A stretch of 23,299 nt of DNA. It comes from a virus. Taxonomy: Duplodnaviria > Heunggongvirae > Uroviricota > Caudoviricetes. The notes below the pieces were generated by a model. The model was given only the letters and a program-made list of their open reading frames with translations, was not told where the DNA came from and searched no databases. A program made the position numbers and the translations under genes. Below are positions 8,074 through 16,005 of the stretch, piece by piece. The number at the start of each line of letters is the position of its first letter. Positions within the stretch are counted from its first letter, which is position 1. The DNA lies in IMG/VR virus record IMGVR_UViG_2740892232_000005. One strand, written 5' to 3'.

Positions 8074-8562
8074 ATGAGTCTTTTGAATGAAGTTCAGAAA
8101 TTCATTGAAGCCCATCCGGGGTGTACTTCCGGAGACATTGCGGATGCTTTTGCAGGTTACTCACGGCAGCGCGTTCTGCAGTCTGCAAGCAAGTTACGTC
8201 AGAGTGGGCGTGTGGCTCACCGTTGTGAAGGATATACACGCAGACATTTCCCGCGCCTGACTGAGAGAGCGCAGGAGCCGGAACCACAACCAGTTCGTGA
8301 AACCAGACCTGTGCGCAATTTCTATGTCGGCACTAACGATCCCCGGGTGATTTTGTGCCTGACCCGCCAGGCTGAAGAACTGGAGTCCAGGGGCTTATAC
8401 CGTCGTGCTGCAACCGTGTGGATGGCGGCATTCCGTGAAAGCCACTCCCAGCCAGAACGAAACAATTTTCTGGCACGTCGTGAGCGGTGCTTACGGAAAA
8501 GCAGCAAGCGCGCTGTATCGGGTGATGAGTGGTATCTGTCAGGGAATTACGTGGGGGCTTAA
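8074..8562 (+). CDS. YfdN-like prophage protein (162 aa), possible PerC-family regulator
   Basis: ATG 8074 with purine-rich RBS; size matches CPS-53 YfdN; the ESRGLYRRAATVWMAAF segment resembles the conserved PerC/Pch motif (from memory). Confidence 0.55.
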   Translation: MSLLNEVQKFIEAHPGCTSGDIADAFAGYSRQRVLQSASKLRQSGRVAHRCEGYTRRHFPRLTERAQEPEPQPVRETRPVRNFYVGTNDPRVILCLTRQAEELESRGLYRRAATVWMAAFRESHSQPERNNFLARRERCLRKSSKRAVSGDEWYLSGNYVGA

Positions 8563-9215
8563 TGAGTAATAAATATTGCCAGGAGCTGGTGGAGCTGCGG
8601 AACAAACCAGCCCATGAACTGAAGGAAGTGGGCGATCAGTGGCGCACGCCGGATAACATTTTCTGGGGAATTAACACCCTGTTTGGCCCGTTTGTCCTGG
8701 ATCTGTTTACTGACGGTGATAACGCCAAATGTACCGCGTATTACACGGCGGAAGACAACGCGCTGGCGCATGACTGGTCAGAACGTCTTGCGGAGCTTAA
8801 AGGTGCTGCCTTTGGTAATCCCCCATACAGCCGCGCCAGTCAGCATGAGGGGCAATACATCACCGGCATGCGTTACATCATGAAACATGCCAGTGCCATG
8901 CGTGATAAAGGCGGGCGCTATGTTTTCCTGATCAAAGCTGCCACCAGCGAAGTGTGGTGGCCGGAAGATGCAGATCATATTGCTTTTATTCGCGGGCGTA
9001 TTGGTTTTGAACTGCCTGCCTGGTTTATCCCGAAAGATGAGAAGCAGGTGCCGACAGGCGCTTTCTTCGCTGGTGCTATTGCTGTTTTCGACAAGACCTG
9101 GAAGGGACCGGCAATCAGCTACATCGGGCGCGATGAACTTGAGGCATGTGGTGAGGCGTTTCTGGCGCAGGTTCGCCAGCAGGCGGAAAAACTGGTCAGG
9201 GAGATGGCGGCATGA
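8562..9215 (+). CDS. dam: Phage Dam-type DNA N6-adenine methyltransferase
   Basis: NPPY catalytic motif (GNPPYSRA) and conserved N-terminal WRTP region; ATG 8562 overlaps the stop of the upstream gene (TAATG). The track ORF begins with an upstream GTG at 8529. Confidence 0.85.
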   Translation: MSNKYCQELVELRNKPAHELKEVGDQWRTPDNIFWGINTLFGPFVLDLFTDGDNAKCTAYYTAEDNALAHDWSERLAELKGAAFGNPPYSRASQHEGQYITGMRYIMKHASAMRDKGGRYVFLIKAATSEVWWPEDADHIAFIRGRIGFELPAWFIPKDEKQVPTGAFFAGAIAVFDKTWKGPAISYIGRDELEACGEAFLAQVRQQAEKLVREMAA

Positions 9216-9538
9216 CGACTTTAACTCAATGCCAGCAGCAGGTGCTGGATATGCTGATTTCTTATCAGAAAGAACGTGGCTTCCCGCCAACCAATCAGGA
9301 GGTGGCAACCATGCTGGGATACCGTTCAGTGAATGCAGCGGTGGAGCATCTTCGCGCACTGGAGAAAAAAGGCGTCATCACGATAAAGCGTGGTGTGGCC
9401 CGGGGGATCACGCTTCATACCGTGGTGAAGGACGACGACAGCGAGGCGGTCGGGATTATCCGCTCACTGCTTGCCGGTGAGGAAAACGCCAGGCTGCGTG
9501 CAGCCCACTGGTTACATGAGAGGGGCCTGAAAGTATGA
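9212..9538 (+). CDS. LexA-like DNA-binding-domain protein lacking the S24 peptidase domain (108 aa)
   Basis: N-terminal 70 aa align to the LexA winged-HTH (QQQVLDMLISY...GFPPT..EVA..LGYRSVNAAVEHLRALEKKGVI..RGITL); no peptidase domain and no Ala-Gly/Ser/Lys motifs; ATGA overlaps with dam and rusA. Confidence 0.8.
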   Translation: MTTLTQCQQQVLDMLISYQKERGFPPTNQEVATMLGYRSVNAAVEHLRALEKKGVITIKRGVARGITLHTVVKDDDSEAVGIIRSLLAGEENARLRAAHWLHERGLKV

Positions 9539-9930
9539 AGCTGATCCTGCCTTTTCCGCCCAGCGTGAACACGTACTGGCGACACCCCAACAAAGGGGCG
9601 TTTGCTGGTAAGAGCCTGATAAGCGCGGCGGGGCGAAAATTCCAGAGCGCGGCGTGTGCAGCAATAGTTGAGCAGTTACGTCGTCTGCCAAAACCAACGT
9701 CGGCACCTGCTTCAGTGGAGATCGTGTTGTTTCCTCCGGATAACCGGATCCGCGATCTGGACAACTATAACAAGGCGCTGTTTGACGCCCTGACCCACGC
9801 GGGTGTGTGGGAAGACGACAGTCAGGTGAAAAGAATGCTGGTGGAGTGGGGACCGGTTATCCCGGAGGGGAAGGTCGAGATCACTATCAGTAAGTACGAA
9901 AAAGCGAGTTGCAAATTAGCAACTCGGTAA
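9535..9930 (+). CDS. rusA: Holliday-junction resolvase RusA
   Basis: 131-aa ORF with the RusA-family DLDN motif (RDLDNYNKALFDALTHAGVWEDDSQV); nin-region position. Confidence 0.9.
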   Translation: MKLILPFPPSVNTYWRHPNKGAFAGKSLISAAGRKFQSAACAAIVEQLRRLPKPTSAPASVEIVLFPPDNRIRDLDNYNKALFDALTHAGVWEDDSQVKRMLVEWGPVIPEGKVEITISKYEKASCKLATR

Positions 9931-9975
9931 CGGAATTGAGCAACACCCTAAATTTGGGTATTACCTCGTTAAAGA

Positions 9976-9995
9976 TACTGTATTTATGAACAGTG
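9976..9995. promoter_or_regulatory. Consensus SOS (LexA) box TACTGTATTTATGAACAGTG upstream of the KilA-N gene
   Basis: CTGT-N8-ACAG with an AT-rich spacer read directly; matches the E. coli LexA box consensus TACTGTATATATATACAGTA at most positions; about 100 bp upstream of ATG 10093. Confidence 0.6.
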
Positions 9996-10092
9996 TATCC
10001 TTGATAACTATTAAAAATCGCAGTAAGTTCATCCTGCATCAACGAAAAGGGAGTGCAGTCCCGCTCGTGGATAAAAATTTGTGGAGAAACCA

Positions 10093-10908
10093 ATGAATCA
10101 GTTGCTTGTAATTGATGGCGTTTCTGTGCGCCAGTACTTCGAATCTAACTACTGTCTTAACGACCTTCAGAAAGCTGCTCTTCTTGCCGCTGGTGAGAAT
10201 CGCTCCTCCCGTTCGCTGGAAGTTCACGAGTTTATGCGTCGTCCTGAAACGAAGGCTCTTGTGGAATTATTGGAAGAAGAAACTACGGGAGATTCCCGTA
10301 GTATTCCTGTCATCACCATTCAGGGGCGCAATGGTGGGACGTATGTCTGTAAAGAGCTGGTCTATGCATATGCAATGTGGATCAGCCCGGCATTCAGCTT
10401 AAAAGTGATACGTACTTTTGATGCGCTTCATAATTCATCACCAGAAGAAACCACATCCGACAAAATTAAATCCGGGGTCATTCTGCTTGAATCAGCAGCA
10501 AAGACTCTAAATCTGTCAAACTCCTCGAAACTTGGTGCATACCAGAAATTATCAAAGGTAGCTGGTCTTCCTGAACTTATGCCGATCTATGCCATTGATG
10601 CACCTGCTGATGCGCCAGATGGTTCAAGCCGCCCTACGCTGTCGCTGAGTGCACTGCTGAAGCAGTATGGTATCCGCCTGACGGCTAATCAGGCATATCA
10701 CCAGATGGCGAAGCTGGGGATCGTTGAACAACGCGAACGATACAGTCGTACCGCGATTAACAACATCAAAAAATTCTGGTCGCTGACCGCGAAAGGCTGC
10801 ATGTTCGGCAAGAACATCACCAGTCCTGCAAATCCGCGCGAGACGCAGCCGCATTTCTTCGAATCCCGATTCCCTGAGCTGTTAAAGCTGCTCGATACCG
10901 TTCATTGA
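10093..10908 (+). CDS. KilA-N domain protein (candidate SOS-controlled antirepressor)
   Basis: N-terminal KilA-N motif (GTYVCKELVYAYAMWISPAF...KVI); GGAG RBS before ATG 10093; the antirepressor role is inferred from the upstream LexA box. Confidence 0.75.
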   Translation: MNQLLVIDGVSVRQYFESNYCLNDLQKAALLAAGENRSSRSLEVHEFMRRPETKALVELLEEETTGDSRSIPVITIQGRNGGTYVCKELVYAYAMWISPAFSLKVIRTFDALHNSSPEETTSDKIKSGVILLESAAKTLNLSNSSKLGAYQKLSKVAGLPELMPIYAIDAPADAPDGSSRPTLSLSALLKQYGIRLTANQAYHQMAKLGIVEQRERYSRTAINNIKKFWSLTAKGCMFGKNITSPANPRETQPHFFESRFPELLKLLDTVH

Positions 10909-10909
10909 G

Positions 10910-11905
10910 GTGACCGTGAGAGCACTACTGACCCCTGAAATTGCCCCGCGTATGGGGATCGTATTGTTCAGACCAGGTTCAGAGCTGATGCCCTTGTTTA
11001 TGCAGGGGCGTGTCCTGCTGGAGCCTGAGCCGGAACGTTATTCATCTTTCGCCAGTGGTGCCGTTCCGGCGGCATCACAACCGCTGGCGGATGATCCTGC
11101 CGTTCGGGCCGTGTTCCGCAATGAGGCAGTGATCCGTCGTGCTGGTGGCGTGGAATGTCTTGAAAGCTGGTTACTTCGTGAAAAAGGCTGCCAGTGGCCT
11201 CATTCCGACTGGCACAGCGAGAATATGACAACAATGCGACACGCTCCGGGCGCAATCCGTCTGTGCTGGCACTGCGATAACCAGCTGCGCGATCAGTTCA
11301 CGGAACGGCTGGAATCAATGGCAACGGATAACTGTGCCCGCTGGGTGTTGTCTGTTGTGCGTCGGGATCTCGGTTTTGATGACAGTCATGTTGTGACAAT
11401 GCAGGAACTGTGCTGGTGGCTGATTCGTAATGATCTGGCGGATGCCTTACCGGAAAGTGCAGCCCGTAAGGCACTGAGATTACCGAAGCCTGTTGTGCCG
11501 TCTGTTACCCGGGAAAGTGACCTTGTGCCTTCGGTTCCTGCCACCAGCATCATCCAGGATAAGGCGAAAAAGGTGCTGGCGCTGAAAGTGGATCCGGAGT
11601 CGCCGGAGTCTTTTATGTTACGCCCAAAACGTCACCGCTGGGTTAATGAAAAGTACACGCGCTGGGTTAAGACGCAGCCGTGCGCATGTTGTGGAAAACC
11701 TGCTGATGATCCCCACCACCTGATAGGCCACGGTCAGGGGGGAATGGGTACAAAAGCGCATGACCTTTTTGTGTTGCCTTTGTGCAGAAAGCATCACGAC
11801 GAGCTGCATGCGGATACCGTGGCATTTGAAGAGAAGTATGGCTCCCAGCTGGAGCTGATATTTCGTTTTATCGATCGTGCGCTGGCAATAGGCGTACTGG
11901 CGTAA
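10910..11905 (+). CDS. DUF968-family protein (YdfU-like) with C-terminal Cys/His (HNH-like) motif
   Basis: C-terminal CACCGKPADDPHHL...CRKHHDELH motif; precedes Q as ydfU does in Qin-like prophages; the start may be GTG 10910 or GTG 10916. Confidence 0.7.
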   Translation: MTVRALLTPEIAPRMGIVLFRPGSELMPLFMQGRVLLEPEPERYSSFASGAVPAASQPLADDPAVRAVFRNEAVIRRAGGVECLESWLLREKGCQWPHSDWHSENMTTMRHAPGAIRLCWHCDNQLRDQFTERLESMATDNCARWVLSVVRRDLGFDDSHVVTMQELCWWLIRNDLADALPESAARKALRLPKPVVPSVTRESDLVPSVPATSIIQDKAKKVLALKVDPESPESFMLRPKRHRWVNEKYTRWVKTQPCACCGKPADDPHHLIGHGQGGMGTKAHDLFVLPLCRKHHDELHADTVAFEEKYGSQLELIFRFIDRALAIGVLA

Positions 11906-11918
11906 GTGGAGAACGAGC

Positions 11919-12671
11919 ATGAACCTTGAAGCCTTACCAAAATATTACTCCCCAAAATCTCCAAAATTGAGTGATGACGCACCGGCGACAGGCTCTGGTG
12001 GTTTAACGATTACGGATGTGATGGCTGCGCAGGGGATGGTGCAATCGAAAGCACCGCTTGGGTTTGCCTTATTCCTGGCAAAAGTTGGTGTTCAGGATCC
12101 TCAGTTTGCGATTGAAGGTCTGCTCAATTACGCGATGGCACTGGATAACCCGACATTGAATAAATTGAGTGAAGAAACCCGGCTACAGATTATTCCTTAC
12201 CTTGTGAATTTTGCCTTTGCTGATTATTCCAGGTCTGCGGCAAGTAAGGCTCGTTGTGAGCATTGTGCTGGTACTGGATTTCATAATGTATTGCGCGAAG
12301 TGGTGAAACACTCCAGAAGCGGGGAATCTGTTATCAAAGAAGAGTGGGTGAAGGAACTATGTCAGCATTGCCATGGTAAGGGAGAAGTCAGCACAGCGTG
12401 CAGAGGGTGTAAGGGTAAAGGTATTGTCCTGGATGAAAAAAGGACCCGGCTTCATGGCACACCTGTTTATAAGATTTGTGGGCGTTGCAATGGAAAACGG
12501 TTTAGTCGTTTACCAACCACACTGGCGCGGCATCATGTCCAGAAGCTGGTACCGGACCTGAGTGATTATCAGTGGTATAAAGGATATGCAAATGTCATTG
12601 ATAAACTGGTTACAAAGTGCTGGCAGGAGGAATCTTACGCTGAAGCACAATTGAGAAAGGTGACGAGATAA
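11919..12671 (+). CDS. Q: Late-gene antitermination protein Q (Q82/QuuQ-like, 250 aa)
   Basis: 250 aa with multiple CxxC/HxxH zinc-binding motifs (CEHCAGTG...CQHCHGKG...CRGCKGKG...CGRCNG); followed by a strong promoter and terminator (PR'/tR'). Confidence 0.85.
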   Translation: MNLEALPKYYSPKSPKLSDDAPATGSGGLTITDVMAAQGMVQSKAPLGFALFLAKVGVQDPQFAIEGLLNYAMALDNPTLNKLSEETRLQIIPYLVNFAFADYSRSAASKARCEHCAGTGFHNVLREVVKHSRSGESVIKEEWVKELCQHCHGKGEVSTACRGCKGKGIVLDEKRTRLHGTPVYKICGRCNGKRFSRLPTTLARHHVQKLVPDLSDYQWYKGYANVIDKLVTKCWQEESYAEAQLRKVTR

Positions 12672-12703
12672 GTGATTTTCGCCGAAGATGGCGACGTGAT
12701 GCT

Positions 12704-12732
12704 TGCATTTTTCAAAAAATATGGATAAAATT
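12704..12732 (+). promoter_or_regulatory. Late promoter PR'-like: -35 TTGCAT (12704-12709), 17-nt spacer, -10 TAAAAT (12727-12732)
   Basis: Hexamers read from the sequence immediately downstream of Q; the qut site is not defined. Confidence 0.55.
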
Positions 12733-12776
12733 TTTTCAACGATGGGCTTTGTATACCCGAAGTTAAGAAAAAGTAG

Positions 12777-12803
12777 AAAACCCGCTGATGAGCGGGTTTT
12801 TGT
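12777..12803 (+). terminator. tR'-like rho-independent terminator (AAAACCCGC-TGATGA-GCGGGTTTTT)
   Basis: Perfect GC-rich stem plus T-run about 45-60 nt downstream of the PR'-like promoter, the classic Q-antiterminated short-transcript arrangement. Confidence 0.7.
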
Positions 12804-13093
12804 GCTTTAAATAGGGTAATAGAGATGTTGAATCTCATTACGGGATTCATGTTAGTTTACTTATTATTTATCGGGTGACTTTGTTTTTTGCCTGATGTTT
12901 AAAATGTTTTCTTCCAGTACAATGTCCATAGATACAATGAGTTTGCTTATTACATTATTAGCAGAGCTATTAAGGTCAAAGTACAGCATAAGCTTTTAAA
13001 GCCAATCAACCAGTCATCAAGACAGACGGGTTTATTCATGAAAACTCTCCATGTTTGATTCGATGGGGCTTGAAGTTAAAGCTTTAATATAGC

Positions 13094-13306
13094 TCATGAA
13101 AGGTAAACATTGGCAGCTGATGGTCCACGCAGGCCATTTATCCGGCAAAATTCCACGCGTAATCCGGTGGTAATTTCTTCTGCATCGCGGAGATTGAGCG
13201 CTGAAACATGAAGCTGGACATCGATACGACCATTGGATGGGGTTATAAGACCTTTGCCGCTTTTGCCGTCAAAGGTTTTGAGAATTCCTGTCATTTTACG
13301 GGACAA
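13094..13306 (-). CDS. cspF: Cold-shock-like protein, CspF/CspH type (70 aa), apparent TTG start
   Basis: [12 protein letters not shown]...[13 protein letters not shown] matches the CspF/H paralog type; AAGGA RBS 8 nt upstream of a TTG initiation codon; ATG at the fifth codon is an alternative. Confidence 0.85.
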   Translation of the reverse strand: MSRKMTGILKTFDGKSGKGLITPSNGRIDVQLHVSALNLRDAEEITTGLRVEFCRINGLRGPSAANVYLS

Positions 13307-13605
13307 AAAATTCCTTAATACTGATAACTTGGCGCACTATACACACGTTCCTGAAGAAAGCTATAGTTTTTTGATGGGGTTGAAGATGGCTGGATGTCTA
13401 AAATAAACATTGCTTCATATGTTCAACTATGCGTTAATGATTGCGTCGGTTTGAAGAACAGACGATATACGAAGTAGTTTACTAAAGCAGTTCTCATTTC
13501 AGGTGTTATTCACTTATTCCTTCTTTGAGTCTCTCCAATTAAGTACGAAGTCGTTTCTGTTATACAAGCCATTTATGCCGAAAGGCTCAAGTTAAGGAAT
13601 GTAGA

Positions 13606-13821
13606 ATGTCAAATAAAATGACTGGTTTAGTAAAATGGTTTAACGCTGATAAAGGTTTTGGCTTTATTTCTCCTGTTGATGGTAGTAAAGATGTGTTTGT
13701 GCATTTTTCTGCGATTCAGAATGATAATTATCGAACCTTATTTGAAGGTCAAAAGGTTACCTTCTCTGTAGAGAGTGGTGCTAAAGGTCCTGCAGCAGCA
13801 AATGTCATAATTACTGATTAA
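13606..13821 (+). CDS. cspB: Cold-shock protein, CspB/CspG/CspI type (71 aa)
   Basis: [38 protein letters not shown] with RNP1/RNP2 motifs; AAGGA RBS; long upstream leader typical of csp genes. Confidence 0.92.
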   Translation: MSNKMTGLVKWFNADKGFGFISPVDGSKDVFVHFSAIQNDNYRTLFEGQKVTFSVESGAKGPAAANVIITD

Positions 13822-14102
13822 AATTCATAGTTTGTCTGTATACGATAACGAAGAAGGCTGATGCCTGAGTGGAGATACAGACAGAGTGGTGAATATTGGA
13901 TCTCTTTAATAAATAGTAAGGAGGTCCAATACATGAAACAATGGCCAGCATATTTGGCAATAACTTAATCAGGAAAAGTATGCTAACCATTGTGGTGAAG
14001 TGCAGGTTTGCTGCATGAATAGTTTTACAGCAGAAGCTAACTGCTGGCATAGCAAAACAAAGTGCGTAAGTGGATGACTCCCACAAAAAGTACCACAATA
14101 TT

Positions 14103-14127
14103 AAACCCGCTCAGGCGGGTTTTTTAT
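14103..14127. terminator. Rho-independent terminator (AAACCCGC-TCAG-GCGGGTTTTTT), possibly bidirectional
   Basis: GC stem with a T6 run on the plus strand; lies between the cspB-like gene and the convergent minus-strand zinc-ribbon gene. Confidence 0.6.
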
Positions 14128-14184
14128 TATCTGCTTTAAATATGTTATTAAAATATAAAAAATACTTGTTACGAATAAAATCAA

Positions 14185-14355
14185 TCAAGCTACAGCTTTA
14201 AGATTTGTCTGGAATACTTTGTTGCAATGAGGGCAGATCAAAAGGGCACCTTTTTGTATTCTTGAAAAACTGTGTTCTGACTCTTGGGTGCAGTTTGGGC
14301 AGGAACATTTAACGAGATAATTACGGCGTGATTTTGAGTCTTTACGTTCTGACAT
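14185..14355 (-). CDS. Small zinc-ribbon protein (56 aa; CxxC...CxxC)
   Basis: Internal ATG 14355 with AGGA RBS; CPNC...CPHC motif pair; the longer track ORF start (14406) lacks an RBS. Confidence 0.5.
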   Translation of the reverse strand: MSERKDSKSRRNYLVKCSCPNCTQESEHSFSRIQKGALLICPHCNKVFQTNLKAVA

Positions 14356-14573
14356 AGGCTTTTCCTGTATAAATGGCCGTATACAGTACACTAAATATGA
14401 AAACATATCTCGTATTATTATTTAACATATGATTTTCTTTTAAAATAATTACCCACATTTTTAATGTGTCTGTTTTTTAGCGCCGTTGAGAACAACGTTT
14501 GCTATAAAAACTACCCCATAGACTCCGATCTTTTCAAACATATTGCACCATCTGTGTACATCGGGGTGAGGAT

Positions 14574-14789
14574 ATGAAATCAATGGATAAGTTAACAACA
14601 GGTATCGCCTATGGCACATCGGCTGGTAATGCTGGTTTCTGGGCATTGCAGTTACTCGATAAAGTAACTCCGTCACAGTGGGCTGCAATCGGTGTGCTGG
14701 GTAGTCTGGTATTTGGCTTGCTGACGTACCTGACAAACCTTTATTTCAAGATTAAAGAAGACAAGCGTAAGGTTGCACGGGGAGAGTAA
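14574..14789 (+). CDS. essD: Holin, phage-21 S-type pinholin (EssD/EssQ-like) with dual-start motif MKSMDK
   Basis: 71 aa; MKSMDK dual start at ATG 14574 and ATG 14583 (antiholin/holin); two transmembrane segments; close match to S21/EssD as recalled. Confidence 0.9.
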   Translation: MKSMDKLTTGIAYGTSAGNAGFWALQLLDKVTPSQWAAIGVLGSLVFGLLTYLTNLYFKIKEDKRKVARGE

Positions 14790-14793
14790 TTCA

Positions 14794-15039
14794 ATGACAC
14801 AAAACTATGAACTGATTGTGAAAGGGATCCGCAATTTTGAGAATAAAGTTGCGGTAACTGTAGCATTAAGGGACAAAAAACGCTTTGACGGTGAAATTTT
14901 TGACCTGGACATCTCGCTGGACCGTGTTGAAGGTGCCGCGCTGGAGTTTTATGAGGCAGCAGCCAGAAGGAGCNNNNNNNNNNAGTTGCAGCCGGGTTAT
15001 GTGAAGGGGATGAGCAGTCGCCGGAAAAGCGCCCCATAA
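14794..15039 (+). CDS. YdfR-like small protein; reading frame interrupted by scaffold gap 14974-14983
   Basis: ATG 14794 with GGAGAG RBS; 60 codons up to the gap (MTQNYELIVKGIRNFENK...); sequence after the N-run may belong to another contig, so the C-terminus is unreliable. Confidence 0.45.
   Translation: MTQNYELIVKGIRNFENKVAVTVALRDKKRFDGEIFDLDISLDRVEGAALEFYEAAARRSXXXXLQPGYVKGMSSRRKSAP
14974..14983. other. Assembly gap (10 N)
   Basis: Run of n in the sequence. Confidence 1.
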
Positions 15040-15093
15040 TTTTAGAGGCGCAGAGTGTGTGGATAACCTACAAAGGAAAACTGCCGGGAAGAA

Positions 15094-15366
15094 TTACTGG
15101 TTCACTGAAGACTCCGCCGAAATGGTAATTTCACCAGCATATTTTTCCTCCAGTAATACCGCCAGCCACTTGAAAGAATTTTGTTGTTGCTGGGACCATT
15201 TGGGATTGATTGATTCAAGCTGGAGCGATGCCAGTGTTGGTTGCATTTGTTCCTTGGGAATTGAGAATGCCAGATATGAAAATGCGACAGCAAGGGCATT
15301 TACATCATCCCGAAGCCTGGAAATGCAGTCGAGCAACTCCTGTAGAGAAATGGTGCTATTGTCCAT
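15094..15366 (-). CDS. Hypothetical protein (90 aa) encoded antisense within the lysis cassette
   Basis: Minus-strand ORF with AGAGAGGA RBS 6 nt upstream of ATG 15366; helical-looking sequence; the overlapping plus-strand ORF 15059..15391 is Ser/Cys-rich and judged spurious. Confidence 0.45.
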   Translation of the reverse strand: MDNSTISLQELLDCISRLRDDVNALAVAFSYLAFSIPKEQMQPTLASLQLESINPKWSQQQQNSFKWLAVLLEEKYAGEITISAESSVNQ

Positions 15367-15471
15367 AAACAATCCTCTCTATTGTATTTAACTATTCCTT
15401 GCCTGATTCAACAGGCCGGGACAGATAAACATATCCAGGGTTCAGAAACCGATAAATCCTGATAAATATCC

Positions 15472-16005
15472 ATGAACGCAAAAATCAGATACAGCCTGTC
15501 GGCTACTGTACTAGTGCTGATTGGTGCAGGCGCGTCTGCTCCTCAAATACTTGACCAGTTTCTGGACGAAAAAGAAGGTAACCACACAACGGCATACCGT
15601 GATGGTTCCGGCATCTGGACCATCTGTCGGGGTGCCACGATGGTGGATGGAAAACCCGTTTTTCCCGGTATGAAACTGTCGAAGGAAAAATGCGACCAGG
15701 TTAACGCCATCGAACGTGATAAGGCGCTGGCATGGGTGGAACGTAATATTAAAGTACCACTGACCGAACCACAAAAAGCGGGTATCGCGTCATTTTGCCC
15801 CTATAACATTGGCCCCGGTAAGTGTTTCCCGTCGACGTTTTATAAGCGGCTTAATGCCGGTGATCGTAAAGGTGCCTGTGAGTCGATTCGCTGGTGGATT
15901 AAGGACGGTGGGCGTGATTGCCGCACACGTTCAAATAACTGCTACGGACAGGTTATTCGTCGTGACCAGGAAAGCGCATTAGCCTGTTGGGGGATAGATC
16001 AGTGA
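15472..16005 (+). CDS. rrrD: Endolysin, T4-lysozyme-family true lysozyme with N-terminal SAR (signal-anchor-release) domain (RrrD/R21-like)
   Basis: Catalytic E...D...T triad context ([20 protein letters not shown]); weakly hydrophobic Gly/Ala-rich N-terminal segment ([14 protein letters not shown]); paired with a pinholin. Confidence 0.9.
   Translation: MNAKIRYSLSATVLVLIGAGASAPQILDQFLDEKEGNHTTAYRDGSGIWTICRGATMVDGKPVFPGMKLSKEKCDQVNAIERDKALAWVERNIKVPLTEPQKAGIASFCPYNIGPGKCFPSTFYKRLNAGDRKGACESIRWWIKDGGRDCRTRSNNCYGQVIRRDQESALACWGIDQ

Noticed and set aside
8778-9764. Minus-strand ORFs (193 aa, 102 aa, 64 aa) and plus-strand 170-aa ORF across the dam / LexA-like / rusA genes
   Set aside because: Overlap well-supported, motif-bearing plus-strand genes; Arg/Pro-rich translations typical of out-of-frame GC-rich sequence.
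13811-14098. Minus-strand 95-aa hydrophobic ORF downstream of the cspB-like gene
   Set aside because: Spans an AT-rich intergenic region and the terminator-proximal sequence, with no RBS; low-complexity hydrophobic translation likely due to AT-rich composition.
12810-14573. Search for tRNA genes, CRISPR repeats or IS/transposase ORFs in the AT-rich region between Q and the lysis genes (a common tRNA site in lambdoid phages)
   Set aside because: No T-loop-like GTTCGAATC motifs, no regularly spaced direct repeats and no transposase-like ORFs were found by eye.
15059-15391. Plus-strand 110-aa ORF between the holin and endolysin
   Set aside because: Ser/Cys-rich, low-complexity translation with no RBS; the overlapping minus-strand ORF has a good RBS and a more protein-like sequence.
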